The notes below the pieces were generated by a model. It saw only the letters and a program-made list of their open reading frames with translations. It ran no database searches and was not told the origin of the DNA. The position numbers and the translations under genes were made by a program. From a virus (Duplodnaviria; Caudoviricetes): a DNA stretch of 50,965 bases. How positions within the stretch are numbered: the first letter of the stretch is position 1; each line of letters starts with the position of its first letter. Shown here piece by piece: positions 20,171 through 28,214 of the stretch. The stretch is taken from positions 1 through 50,965 of IMG/VR virus record IMGVR_UViG_3300033148_004150; one strand, 5' to 3'.

Positions 20171-20427
20171 TTCCGATTGAAAAAGAAATACAAATTCGCC
20201 TCATGCTAAAGAAGGGATTATCTACCAGAATGATTGCACGAGAAATCGGGGTAGCACGGCAAACTGTTGAAACAATTAAATCCCTACCGAGGCTCAGAAG
20301 GCGCAGGAAACCATGTACTATACTCCCCAAGAATAGGCCACGTAAATGTTCAACGTGCGGAGGAATGGTGAAAATTTGGCCATGTCTTTTATGCCACCCG
20401 GAAATTGGTGATTACGATGAAAAATGA
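20167..20427 (+). CDS. HTH DNA-binding protein with C-terminal zinc finger
   Basis: GLSTRMIAREIGVARQTV; CSTC..CLLC. Confidence 0.75.
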   Translation: MIPIEKEIQIRLMLKKGLSTRMIAREIGVARQTVETIKSLPRLRRRRKPCTILPKNRPRKCSTCGGMVKIWPCLLCHPEIGDYDEK

Positions 20428-20699
20428 ACCCCAAGGAGAATGCGATGAAACGCAAACCAGTTAATCAACTTATCAAAGAAGCAATGCCAGTGAAGCCAAC
20501 AAAAAATTGGGTAGATAAATTATCTGTTACAGATCGAGTCTATTTGCAGCATGTTGTAGAGGAAATAATTGCAAATCCAGAAGTTGCTTTGAGCGCTGTA
20601 GCTAAGGCCCTCATTGCTGAACTCAAAATTGCTCGTGGTGTTACCACTGTAACTCATACCCTTAGAGAGATGATTCGTAATGCCCAGCAAAAAGCGTAA
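20424..20699 (+). CDS. Hypothetical protein
   Basis: Coupled ORF; SD AAGGAG before an internal ATG. Confidence 0.55.
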   Translation: MNPKENAMKRKPVNQLIKEAMPVKPTKNWVDKLSVTDRVYLQHVVEEIIANPEVALSAVAKALIAELKIARGVTTVTHTLREMIRNAQQKA

Positions 20700-21738
20700 C
20701 GCAAAGAAACTTGTTAATGATGCTCAAATTGCATCTACTGATTTAGCTTTAGCTAAAGCCACTACTGAAGCTGCGCGATGGAAGCGCAAGTGGAAAGATG
20801 CAGTGGCAACGGCTGCGTCCCTGGAGGAACAGATGGAACTCCTGATTGGAATTCAAGGAACTCCAGCTATCCAGAAATTTGAGCAACTCAAAAAAGGGGG
20901 ATCTCGTGGCGTTGCCGTTGTCGTACCGGCTACTGATTGGCATGTCGAAGAGCGAGTGTCAAGGGAAGCTACCAATGGCAAAAATGAATTTAATCTCTCC
21001 ATAGCGGAGGCCAGAATTAAGAGATTCTACCAAAAGATCCTGGAGCTGATTGATTGGCAACGTAACCTGGCACCAGTTAAGGAACTCTGGCATCCGCTTT
21101 TGGGTGATTTAATGTCTGGATATATCCACGAAGAACTCATGGAATCCAATTCATTAAGTCCAACTGAAGCGTGTTTATTCCTACAGGAAATGATTTGCTC
21201 CGGCATTGATCTCTTACGACGCGAAGTGAAATTGCCAATTATCATCCCAACATGCGTTGGCAATCATGGTCGAACAACTCCACGAAAGCGAATTAAAACC
21301 AGCCATAAGAACAGTTACGAATGGCTACTATATATGACCTTAGCGAAATACTACCACGCCAATAAGGCATCTCCCTGGTGGATAGTCGGAAAAGGCTATC
21401 ATAATACCCAAGAAATTATGGGACGGAAGGTTCGTTTTCATCATGGCGATGGACTTCGCTATCAGGGCGGAATTGGTGGTATTTCAATTCCAGTTAATAA
21501 AGCCGTGGCCCAATGGGATAAAGTACAAGTTGTTGATTTTGACATCTTTGGTCACTGGCATACGTTTCTTTCGCACTATCCAAAATGGGTATCGTGTGGC
21601 TCCCTTATGGGATATTCAGAATTTTCTGTGGAGATTAAGGCAGAATTCCAACATCCCACGCAGACCTTCATAGTAATTGATCGTGATTATGGCATGACCT
21701 TGGCAACTCCAATTTTCCTTGAGAAAGCAGGTAAGTAA
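20680..21738 (+). CDS. Calcineurin-like metallophosphoesterase
   Basis: TDWH, LGD, GNHGR, HHGD and GHWH metal-binding motifs. Confidence 0.85.
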   Translation: MPSKKRNAKKLVNDAQIASTDLALAKATTEAARWKRKWKDAVATAASLEEQMELLIGIQGTPAIQKFEQLKKGGSRGVAVVVPATDWHVEERVSREATNGKNEFNLSIAEARIKRFYQKILELIDWQRNLAPVKELWHPLLGDLMSGYIHEELMESNSLSPTEACLFLQEMICSGIDLLRREVKLPIIIPTCVGNHGRTTPRKRIKTSHKNSYEWLLYMTLAKYYHANKASPWWIVGKGYHNTQEIMGRKVRFHHGDGLRYQGGIGGISIPVNKAVAQWDKVQVVDFDIFGHWHTFLSHYPKWVSCGSLMGYSEFSVEIKAEFQHPTQTFIVIDRDYGMTLATPIFLEKAGK

Positions 21739-22124
21739 TGAATTCTTCTACTAATGAATCTGGTAAAATTAGAACTTTTGAGACTGGTGCTACACGTGAT
21801 ACTGAAGATGGTAAGTTTGATTACGAAGGCTTCTTGAGTTCACTGACACTTCGCAGGTATGCTGAATATATGCACAAACATCGGAAGCAATCCGATGGCA
21901 AGATGCGAGCTAGTGACAATTGGCAGAAAGGTATTCCACTAACTGCCTATATGAAATCGCTATGGAGACATCTGGTTGATCTCTGGACTGCCCATCGTGG
22001 AGATCATTGGCATAGCGGCGATAGGGAGGAAGCTCTTTGTGCCATCATCTTTAATGCTTCTGGATATTTGCATGAATTGCTGAAAGCAAAACCACAAAAA
22101 GGATTAACTAATGATTCCCACTAG
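21738..22124 (+). CDS. DUF5664-like dATP/dGTP diphosphohydrolase
   Basis: RTFETGATRD..GK, NWQKGIP, SLWRH, AIIFNA. Confidence 0.75.
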   Translation: MNSSTNESGKIRTFETGATRDTEDGKFDYEGFLSSLTLRRYAEYMHKHRKQSDGKMRASDNWQKGIPLTAYMKSLWRHLVDLWTAHRGDHWHSGDREEALCAIIFNASGYLHELLKAKPQKGLTNDSH

Positions 22125-22782
22125 AATTTTTCTTGATCTCGATGATGTATTGAATCAATTCACAATGTATGCCTTGGCGCATGTTGGATGCAATATTGAT
22201 CCAACGTCTTTCGATAATTTCAAGCCGGAATGGGGCTTTGATATTATCAAGGCAGCTAATGCATTGCACCCAATAGGCCCACAATTTACATTAACTTCAT
22301 TCTGGAGTTGTTTTGGGCGTAATGATTGGGCAAACTTACCAAAATCGGCTGAGTTTGACTTACTATTGGATAGTTGCGAGCGGTTAGTTGGCCGAGACAA
22401 TATCTGTATTCTTACTGCTCCAATTCTTGATCCTGATTGCGCAGCAGGTAAAATAGAATGGATTTACAAACATTGCCCGAAATGGTTGCATCGGCAATAT
22501 CTCATTGGCCCCTGTAAGTATATGTGTGCTCGATCAGATGCTTTATTGATCGACGATTCCGGTGCAAATGTTGATACATTTCGGGAACATGGTGGCCAGG
22601 CAATTCTCGTACCTCGACCGTGGAATAAATCGCATGGAGTTAATGCCATAGAATATCTCAAGCGAGCTTTTACTTGTCTTTACTTCAAGAAAAGCTATCC
22701 TTTCTATCCCAGAGAAATTGATACCTTTCAATATCACCAAGATGATCTTGTTAGATTTATAGCCGAAGGTCACATACCATGA
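22111..22782 (+). CDS. HAD-family 5'(3')-deoxyribonucleotidase
   Basis: IFLDLDDVL, ILTAP, GKIEW, LLIDD, PRPWN. Confidence 0.85.
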   Translation: MIPTRIFLDLDDVLNQFTMYALAHVGCNIDPTSFDNFKPEWGFDIIKAANALHPIGPQFTLTSFWSCFGRNDWANLPKSAEFDLLLDSCERLVGRDNICILTAPILDPDCAAGKIEWIYKHCPKWLHRQYLIGPCKYMCARSDALLIDDSGANVDTFREHGGQAILVPRPWNKSHGVNAIEYLKRAFTCLYFKKSYPFYPREIDTFQYHQDDLVRFIAEGHIP

Positions 22783-23102
22783 GTCTTACTCAAGCTCAAA
22801 AATGGCTGCGAACTATTAACTGGCTGCGTCGGGAGTGGCCTGCACGCTATCCAGTGAAAGTAAGATCAATGCCACTCAAGGGTCTTTCTGGAGATAGCTC
22901 CTTTCGGGCACGGCAATTCAGAATCCGAATTAACCGTAAAAAATCATATTCAGAACGAATTGATACAATCCTACACGAATGGGCCCATGTATTAACATGG
23001 TTTGGAGCAGGGCGAGCAGAGGACCACAGCGATGAATGGGGCTTGTGGTATGCGAAGCTTTGTCGTGCTTGGGATAAGTGGAATTATGAGGAGACAAAAT
23101 GA
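22779..23102 (+). CDS. Small zinc metallopeptidase-like protein (HEXXH)
   Basis: TILHEWAH..DHSDEWG. Confidence 0.7.
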   Translation: MSLTQAQKWLRTINWLRREWPARYPVKVRSMPLKGLSGDSSFRARQFRIRINRKKSYSERIDTILHEWAHVLTWFGAGRAEDHSDEWGLWYAKLCRAWDKWNYEETK

Positions 23103-23266
23103 GCAATAACATCACGAATAACCCTGAACTTTCAACTGCACTATGGCTTTACACTGGGCAGCGGCCTACGGCGCATTGCATTAAATGTAAAAAATCATTC
23201 AAGGCAGTACGTCGATGCGCGGAAGATTTTATCCACTGCGTAAAATGCCGGAAGGCAACAGCATGA
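23099..23266 (+). CDS. Small zinc-finger protein (55 aa)
   Basis: ATGA overlaps at both ends; CIKC..CVKC. Confidence 0.55.
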   Translation: MSNNITNNPELSTALWLYTGQRPTAHCIKCKKSFKAVRRCAEDFIHCVKCRKATA

Positions 23267-23628
23267 AAGACCCCTGGATATGCCCAATATGCAACGGAGA
23301 AATGATTAAAGGCAGGGAGCACAGTCAATATTTAACCTGCCCACGAGGGCACGGCAGACTTCACCAGGCCCCGCGCATTGAAGATTTCCCGCTGGCCTCG
23401 CGCGCAATTTGCCGTAATACACTATCTGGCATTGGTAATGGAGTTTTCCCGCATACTAAGCTTTTCTGGATTAGTGGATGGCCGGGATTTTGGAGATATA
23501 TCCCATACGCACACAAAACGGCCTTGGATAAGCGCCCGGGGCCGGATGTGGTAATTGCTGGTGTTCGTACTAAAAGGGAAGGGATTCAAGCCAGGGCCTT
23601 CAGGCGGGCGGGGAGGGGGAGAAAATGA
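23263..23628 (+). CDS. Hypothetical zinc-ribbon protein
   Basis: MKDPWICPIC..CPRGH. Confidence 0.55.
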   Translation: MKDPWICPICNGEMIKGREHSQYLTCPRGHGRLHQAPRIEDFPLASRAICRNTLSGIGNGVFPHTKLFWISGWPGFWRYIPYAHKTALDKRPGPDVVIAGVRTKREGIQARAFRRAGRGRK

Positions 23629-23840
23629 CAGAAAATGACATTCGTAAAGCGGCCAATAAGCTACTTGGCAAAGAAGGCAAGGATTGGAGACTTGAATCAG
23701 GGACCGATGGGCAAAAATATATCATTTTTGAGCAACTTATTCCCGTGTGGAAACGTGTAGATTTTCATTTGCAAGAAAATTTCAGCAATCCGGCGGAAAG
23801 GATACGGGAAGCAATTGATTGGAAACTTTCTTTTTCCTAG
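23625..23840 (+). CDS. Hypothetical protein
   Basis: SD GGAG; last + strand gene; its stop overlaps the recombinase stop. Confidence 0.55.
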   Translation: MTENDIRKAANKLLGKEGKDWRLESGTDGQKYIIFEQLIPVWKRVDFHLQENFSNPAERIREAIDWKLSFS

Positions 23841-24565
23841 GGGTGTATAGGTTCCAAATTTGGATTACCAGAAATTGGATCAGCCCAATAAGCCTCACGT
23901 TTAATGATCTTCCGAACAGTACGAGCACTCCAGGGCTTACCGCGACAGGGACCAAGATTATTATCAAGCTCTTCGGCAATTTGCTTAGATGAAAATCCAT
24001 TTCTTGAAAGCTTACACGCTTCCAGAATTGCTCTATGCTCTTGTTCACAAAGTACAAGCCGCTTAGGATCATCCGGGTCTTTTCGCCATCCAATCGGGAT
24101 TTTGCCGGTAGTTCGTTCGCCGTTCTTGCGCTTACGATCAAGGCCCTGTTTTGTACGTAGACGAATTCTGTCTCTTTCATAAGCCGAGAAAGCTGCCAGG
24201 ATGTTTTCCAGGAGCTTTCCTTCTGGTGTCGTGCCAATTGGTGAACCATTGGCATATTCGATTGTGGCACCGGCTTCGGCTATCTGTTGGCGGATAGTCA
24301 GGTTCACTAACATATCGCGGGCAAGTCTGTCGCTGCTGTCCACTACGAAAACATTACCGGGCTTCAATCGTTCAAGTGCCTCCTGGAGGCCATGCCGCTC
24401 CAGGAGGCCGCCGGAAATATTCTCATCTGCATAGGGAATCCACCATTTGTAGCCCTTCCGATTGCAATATGCGATACACCGCCCTGCTTGCTTCTCACAA
24501 GAGTCACAGTCCTTGGCGTTTGGGCGAGGGCTAAATCTCGTATAAATGATTGCTTGTTTTGTCAT
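23837..24565 (-). CDS. Serine recombinase (resolvase catalytic domain plus short recombinase DNA-binding domain)
   Basis: IYTRFS catalytic Ser, DENISG, DRLARD, AAFSAYER..IRLRTKQGL, IPIGW, WSARTVRKI. Confidence 0.92.
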   Translation of the reverse strand: MTKQAIIYTRFSPRPNAKDCDSCEKQAGRCIAYCNRKGYKWWIPYADENISGGLLERHGLQEALERLKPGNVFVVDSSDRLARDMLVNLTIRQQIAEAGATIEYANGSPIGTTPEGKLLENILAAFSAYERDRIRLRTKQGLDRKRKNGERTTGKIPIGWRKDPDDPKRLVLCEQEHRAILEACKLSRNGFSSKQIAEELDNNLGPCRGKPWSARTVRKIIKREAYWADPISGNPNLEPIHP

Positions 24566-24741
24566 AGGGAATTTTCCTCTTGTAAATCTTGGACTTTAGC
24601 CATAATAAGCAGCAGTTTATCGGCAAAGAAGGGATATGTCTTACGCAGTCTTTCTTCCAAATCACCAATGTCCAATTCAATCTCAAAAAGCTTTGTGTCT
24701 AAAGTGTTATTCTTTTCTGCGGGTTGATCTTTTGTATTCAT
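24562..24741 (-). CDS. Hypothetical protein
   Basis: SD AGGAG before MNTKDQ; ATGA overlap with the recombinase. Confidence 0.55.
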   Translation of the reverse strand: MNTKDQPAEKNNTLDTKLFEIELDIGDLEERLRKTYPFFADKLLLIMAKVQDLQEENSL

Positions 24742-24910
24742 ATGTCTTTTCTCCTGTTTGACGGCCTTGCGCTTTTGTGCGTACATAGTAGCAAAATTCA
24801 CAGAGATATTCTTGAATTGGCCCAGTTTTCTCAAGTTTTACATGCGGCCGTTTGCCTTTGCCATATCTGGCATCGGCTGTGCTGTTAATGCAATTACAGA
24901 GTAGAATCAT
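24707..24910 (-). CDS. Small zinc-binding protein, paralog B
   Basis: MILLCNC..YGKGKRPH..YLCEFC. Confidence 0.6.
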   Translation of the reverse strand: MILLCNCINSTADARYGKGKRPHVKLEKTGPIQEYLCEFCYYVRTKAQGRQTGEKTYEYKRSTRRKE

Positions 24911-25074
24911 TTCATTTTCTCCCTTCCGCATATCGTACAGCGATATTTGATAGTATGATTGGTTCCCTTGGCTTTATTGTGTACACGCATATTTTTGCCG
25001 TACTTGGTACTTTGATACTTAGCCCCTTGCGTATTGCCATCGGGACTACATTCACAAAAGCATGGCAAAATCAT
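24907..25074 (-). CDS. Small zinc-binding protein, paralog A (55 aa, not in the ORF track)
   Basis: MILPCFC..KYGKNMRVHN..YRCTICG; ATGA overlaps on both sides. Confidence 0.6.
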   Translation of the reverse strand: MILPCFCECSPDGNTQGAKYQSTKYGKNMRVHNKAKGTNHTIKYRCTICGREKMK

Positions 25075-25286
25075 CTTCTGTCCTTTCCGTAAAGTGGGTG
25101 TGAAAGTTCCGAAAATGCCCGCAGAATGGCATCGCGCCTACTGGGCATACATAGTGCAGGAGTCGCCATCATGCGAAGAATAGAGGAAAGATGCTTAGCT
25201 GTCTGTGGAGTGAAGTTAAGAGTTTCCAGGCGCTTTTGAGCCTTTCGCCGGAGAAGCTCTTCGGGGTTGGTTGTGCGTTTTGCCAT
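25071..25286 (-). CDS. Hypothetical basic protein
   Basis: 71 aa; coupled ORF. Confidence 0.5.
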   Translation of the reverse strand: MAKRTTNPEELLRRKAQKRLETLNFTPQTAKHLSSILRMMATPALCMPSRRDAILRAFSELSHPLYGKDRR

Positions 25287-25572
25287 TAGTTGATTTTCGC
25301 CGTGGTGAATCTGAAGTTATAAACTCTGGTTCATTCTCATATTTAAGGAATCGTTTGATTTCGCGTAAAGCATCTTTTGCTTCTATGCGAGTGGTGTATG
25401 GCCCACAATCCTCAATTCCCCTTTGGGGATCGCCAATAATCCACCAGGCTCCCTCGCGCTTAACTATCTGCATGTTCAGTAAAGTCTCCAAGTGCCTTGG
25501 GGCTTTTGCTGGGAAAGTTCCCCCGGAATTGATTATGCGTTTTATTGTCAGCCAGCCTCGCGCTTCATGCAC
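25216..25572 (-). CDS. Hypothetical protein
   Basis: WWIIG..CGPYTTR.EA motif; start uncertain. Confidence 0.45.
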   Translation of the reverse strand: MHEARGWLTIKRIINSGGTFPAKAPRHLETLLNMQIVKREGAWWIIGDPQRGIEDCGPYTTRIEAKDALREIKRFLKYENEPEFITSDSPRRKSTNGKTHNQPRRASPAKGSKAPGNS

Positions 25573-25730
25573 CTAGGGCAGACATGAGTCGGACAGGCCG
25601 ATTCGACTCGGCTCGGTCACTGTACCATCTATGTGGTGCCGATAGCCCACTGCCGCCAATATAATAACAACTCTTGCGGCTTTGCTACTGCCCGAAGCCC
25701 CCTTTTGGGGCGACAGAAAATCTGCATTGC

Positions 25731-26084
25731 TCAATCTCTGACTGGCAATGCTGAAAAGACACAATCGTCAGCACAAGGCTCTGACGCATGAACGTTAGCG
25801 TGGGGCCCATTGCAAAGTTTTACTAAGTCTCCAATATCACTTGACGTAAGGCCCCGACGATTGTATCTCTTCAATGGAACATTCAGCTTGCGAAGCCGAG
25901 TGGCTTGTGAACGCACCTTTTCAATACTCCAATCCATTCTTTCGGCTACTTCAGCAATCGAAGAGCACTCTTGATACGTGCTGACGAACTTTCTCAATTC
26001 GTCAACAGTAACACGCGACCGGGGCGTAGTGGTTTTCCGGGGCGTAGTGGTTTTCCGGGATACAGTGGTTTTCCGAGACGACAT
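25731..26084 (-). CDS. HTH DNA-binding protein with N-terminal RKTT(T/V)(P/S) repeats
   Basis: SIAEVAERMDWSIEKVRSQATRLRK; 18-bp tandem repeat; SD GGAGG. Confidence 0.7.
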   Translation of the reverse strand: MSSRKTTVSRKTTTPRKTTTPRSRVTVDELRKFVSTYQECSSIAEVAERMDWSIEKVRSQATRLRKLNVPLKRYNRRGLTSSDIGDLVKLCNGPHANVHASEPCADDCVFSALPVRD

Positions 26085-26133
26085 AGCTCATACCTCCAAA
26101 GTAAAATGATTGCCCGCTTAGGTAATTTCGCGC

Positions 26134-26274
26134 TCATTCTCCCAACGCTGTCAGGAAATCTTCAGCTTGTTCAATTACTTCCCTGGTTTCCTCTTCTAAG
26201 TCGTCCATGTTCAATTCGCAGCAATCCAAAAGGGAGCGAATGATTGTGTAGCTTCTGACTTCGTAGCTTTCCAT
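26134..26274 (-). CDS. Small acidic protein (46 aa)
   Basis: SD AGGAG; MESYEVRSYTIIRSLLDCCELNMDDLEEETREVIEQAEDFLTALGE. Confidence 0.55.
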   Translation of the reverse strand: MESYEVRSYTIIRSLLDCCELNMDDLEEETREVIEQAEDFLTALGE

Positions 26275-26332
26275 GATAACTCCTGGTGAATAAAAAGTAA
26301 AGAAAAAAACACTTTACTGTGTGGTTCAAGAG

Positions 26333-26373
26333 AAAAAAGACACTCCGCCCGGCAGGGAGAAACCGGGCGAAGT
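26333..26373 (-). terminator. Intrinsic terminator ending the cassette-array transcript
   Basis: CACTCCGCCCGG/CCGGGCGAAGTG hairpin with an A-run on + (U-tract on -), just past the 26388 stop. Confidence 0.7.
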
Positions 26374-26387
26374 GGGGGGGCGGGAAA

Positions 26388-27080
26388 CTAGGCGTGTTTC
26401 AGGGCGGCTTGCATGGCGGCGGCTATATCTACTCCCTTGGACTCAATTTCAGTCGATCCAAGTTTGGGGCATTCTGACTTGTGAATCCAGAGTGAAAAAG
26501 CACAATCGAATTGACCTACGCCGTCAATATCAAAAACAAAGCGGCGAATCCCCTGCTTCCGAAGGCTTTCAGCGATGACCTTGGGATCATCACTCTGGCC
26601 GGGATAGAATCCATTCTCATATTCTTTGTCGATTTTCACGTATCCATGTTCCCCCAGATCAAGGGCTAGGGTATTGGCGGCTTTCGGGTTGTCCTCTAGG
26701 TATCCCAAATAATCTTCTGGGGCATCTAGTACACAAGTTTGGCAGTATAGGCCCGTTCCATTTTCTGCCCAGTAGCTCGGAGTCCAACCGTAGGAATTAG
26801 GTTGTATTCGGACTAACCCTCCACATCCCATACAAGCACGCCATTCGTCATACCACTCCAATTCTGCCCCTAGTTTTCCCAGAATGACTCCAATACGAGG
26901 CATAAGAAGATCTTCTTTCGGAATGGGCTCGTCCCAACTTCGGGGATTCCAGTCGCCGGTCACAATCAATCCCGATTTCGGATCGGTATACCCTGGTTCG
27001 GCATAGCCATTGAAATGAACCTGAAAATCACACCCCTCGGCATAATTGTAGAGAATCTGTAGTATCGTGCTAGTGTCCAT
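26388..27080 (-). CDS. Hypothetical protein with Cys pairs
   Basis: 230 aa from MDTST; CMGC..CQTC; YENGFYPGQSDDP. Confidence 0.7.
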   Translation of the reverse strand: MDTSTILQILYNYAEGCDFQVHFNGYAEPGYTDPKSGLIVTGDWNPRSWDEPIPKEDLLMPRIGVILGKLGAELEWYDEWRACMGCGGLVRIQPNSYGWTPSYWAENGTGLYCQTCVLDAPEDYLGYLEDNPKAANTLALDLGEHGYVKIDKEYENGFYPGQSDDPKVIAESLRKQGIRRFVFDIDGVGQFDCAFSLWIHKSECPKLGSTEIESKGVDIAAAMQAALKHA

Positions 27081-27084
27081 CGTG

Positions 27085-27444
27085 TTATTCTCCCAGTTGT
27101 GAATCACAGCCCCATAGGTCACAGTCCCAGTACCACTCTGCCCACAGTTTAGCTACTTCTCCGCCCTCTTTCAGTGCCTCCCGAACATACTCAACACCAC
27201 TGGCTGTCAACTCATTTTCCAGCCAGGCCCCGATCTTTTGACCGTCGGAAAGTTCGATTGCGTTCAGGCAGTTCGATCCCGCTGCACAATGTCGCGGACA
27301 ATCTGCCGGTCCGCCTCCGTCCGGGTACGGGCCCTCAGAGGTGAGGATTTCCCCGCAATTTTCGCAGTAAAGATCACCCATGTAAACGTAGACATTCACG
27401 GCTGGCTCCCTTCGGTATATTGTCCACTTTCGGTAGACATTCAC
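27085..27444 (-). CDS. Hypothetical zinc-binding protein with duplicated start region
   Basis: LYCENC, DCPRHC; two in-frame GTG starts 45 bp apart. Confidence 0.6.
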   Translation of the reverse strand: MNVYRKWTIYRREPAVNVYVYMGDLYCENCGEILTSEGPYPDGGGPADCPRHCAAGSNCLNAIELSDGQKIGAWLENELTASGVEYVREALKEGGEVAKLWAEWYWDCDLWGCDSQLGE

Positions 27445-27477
27445 GGCTGGCCCCCTTTGGTACATTGTCCACTTTCG
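27388..27477. repeat. 45-bp tandem duplication spanning a gene junction
   Basis: GTAGACATTCACGGCTGG..ATTGTCCACTTTCG twice with few mismatches. Confidence 0.9.
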
Positions 27478-27623
27478 ATAAGGGCCTCTGCCATGCGTCC
27501 GTAGTGCCCTTGTAGCCTCCAGGCCAATCCACTGTCGATAAGGTATTGGAATCCCTCCACAACCTCTTCGTCAGAAAGGTTGCCCTCTTCATAATTCACA
27601 ACGAACTCTGCTGGATAAAACAT
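27441..27623 (-). CDS. Small conserved phage early-type protein (60 aa)
   Basis: YEEGNLSDEEVVEGFQYLIDSGLAWRLQGHYGRMA; SD AAGGGAGAG. Confidence 0.7.
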   Translation of the reverse strand: MFYPAEFVVNYEEGNLSDEEVVEGFQYLIDSGLAWRLQGHYGRMAEALIESGQCTKGGQP

Positions 27624-27658
27624 AATTCTCTCCCTTTTACGTTGTAGATACCCCATGC

Positions 27659-27829
27659 TTAACAGAACGTAACTCGTGCTACCCCTTTGGACAGCGTACA
27701 AATCTGTGGCCGCAAGGCTCTGCCGTTAGTGAAATGCCACCATACTTCGGCAAGCGTGAGCGGACGACGGAGGGTAACGGTAATCTCTTTCCCGCCGCCT
27801 TCGACAATCAACGTGTGTGCAAGGTTCAT
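27659..27829 (-). CDS. Cassette gene, 56 aa (not in the ORF track)
   Basis: Junction GGGAGAAAGTT-ATG; MNLAHTLIVEGGGKEITVTL.. Confidence 0.55.
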   Translation of the reverse strand: MNLAHTLIVEGGGKEITVTLRRPLTLAEVWWHFTNGRALRPQICTLSKGVARVTFC

Positions 27830-27990
27830 AACTTTCTCCCTAACTGAAATTGAGGGTTATAGTAAATAGTCCACCACAGCCACACGAAGCATTTCCTATA
27901 CTTCCCCAAAAAAAGCCCCCCCATAATGCACTCCCACCATATCGGGTCCAACTTGGGACGTAGCAAGCTTTGCGTGCATTTGATTTTCAT
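27826..27990 (-). CDS. Cassette gene, 54 aa, aromatic-rich (not in the ORF track)
   Basis: Junction AAGGGAAAAGCC-ATG; ends FQLGRKL with ATGA overlap. Confidence 0.5.
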   Translation of the reverse strand: MKIKCTQSLLRPKLDPIWWECIMGGLFLGKYRKCFVWLWWTIYYNPQFQLGRKL

Positions 27991-28214
27991 GGCTTTTCCC
28001 TTAACTGAAACGTGATTGAAAACTTCCAGAAGTAAAACACAAGTTGCCGATGGGAATGATAGTAGTCGATACTGACTATCCCCAAATCAAACCATTGGCA
28101 ATAACCAACGTGAATAATTCTGAATCTACGCCAAAATGGTCCGCAAGGGTCATAATTGAACTTCACGACTTTCCCCCTCTTGGTGTTTTTTGGAGATTTC
28201 GTTATAGACTTCAT
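27987..28214 (-). CDS. Cassette gene, aromatic-rich
   Basis: ATGA overlaps at both ends; ends FQLREKP. Confidence 0.55.
   Translation of the reverse strand: MKSITKSPKNTKRGKVVKFNYDPCGPFWRRFRIIHVGYCQWFDLGIVSIDYYHSHRQLVFYFWKFSITFQLREKP

Noticed and set aside
21738-22124. Z-base (2-aminoadenine) genome pathway
   Set aside because: No PurZ or dedicated DNA polymerase recognised in the complete genome.
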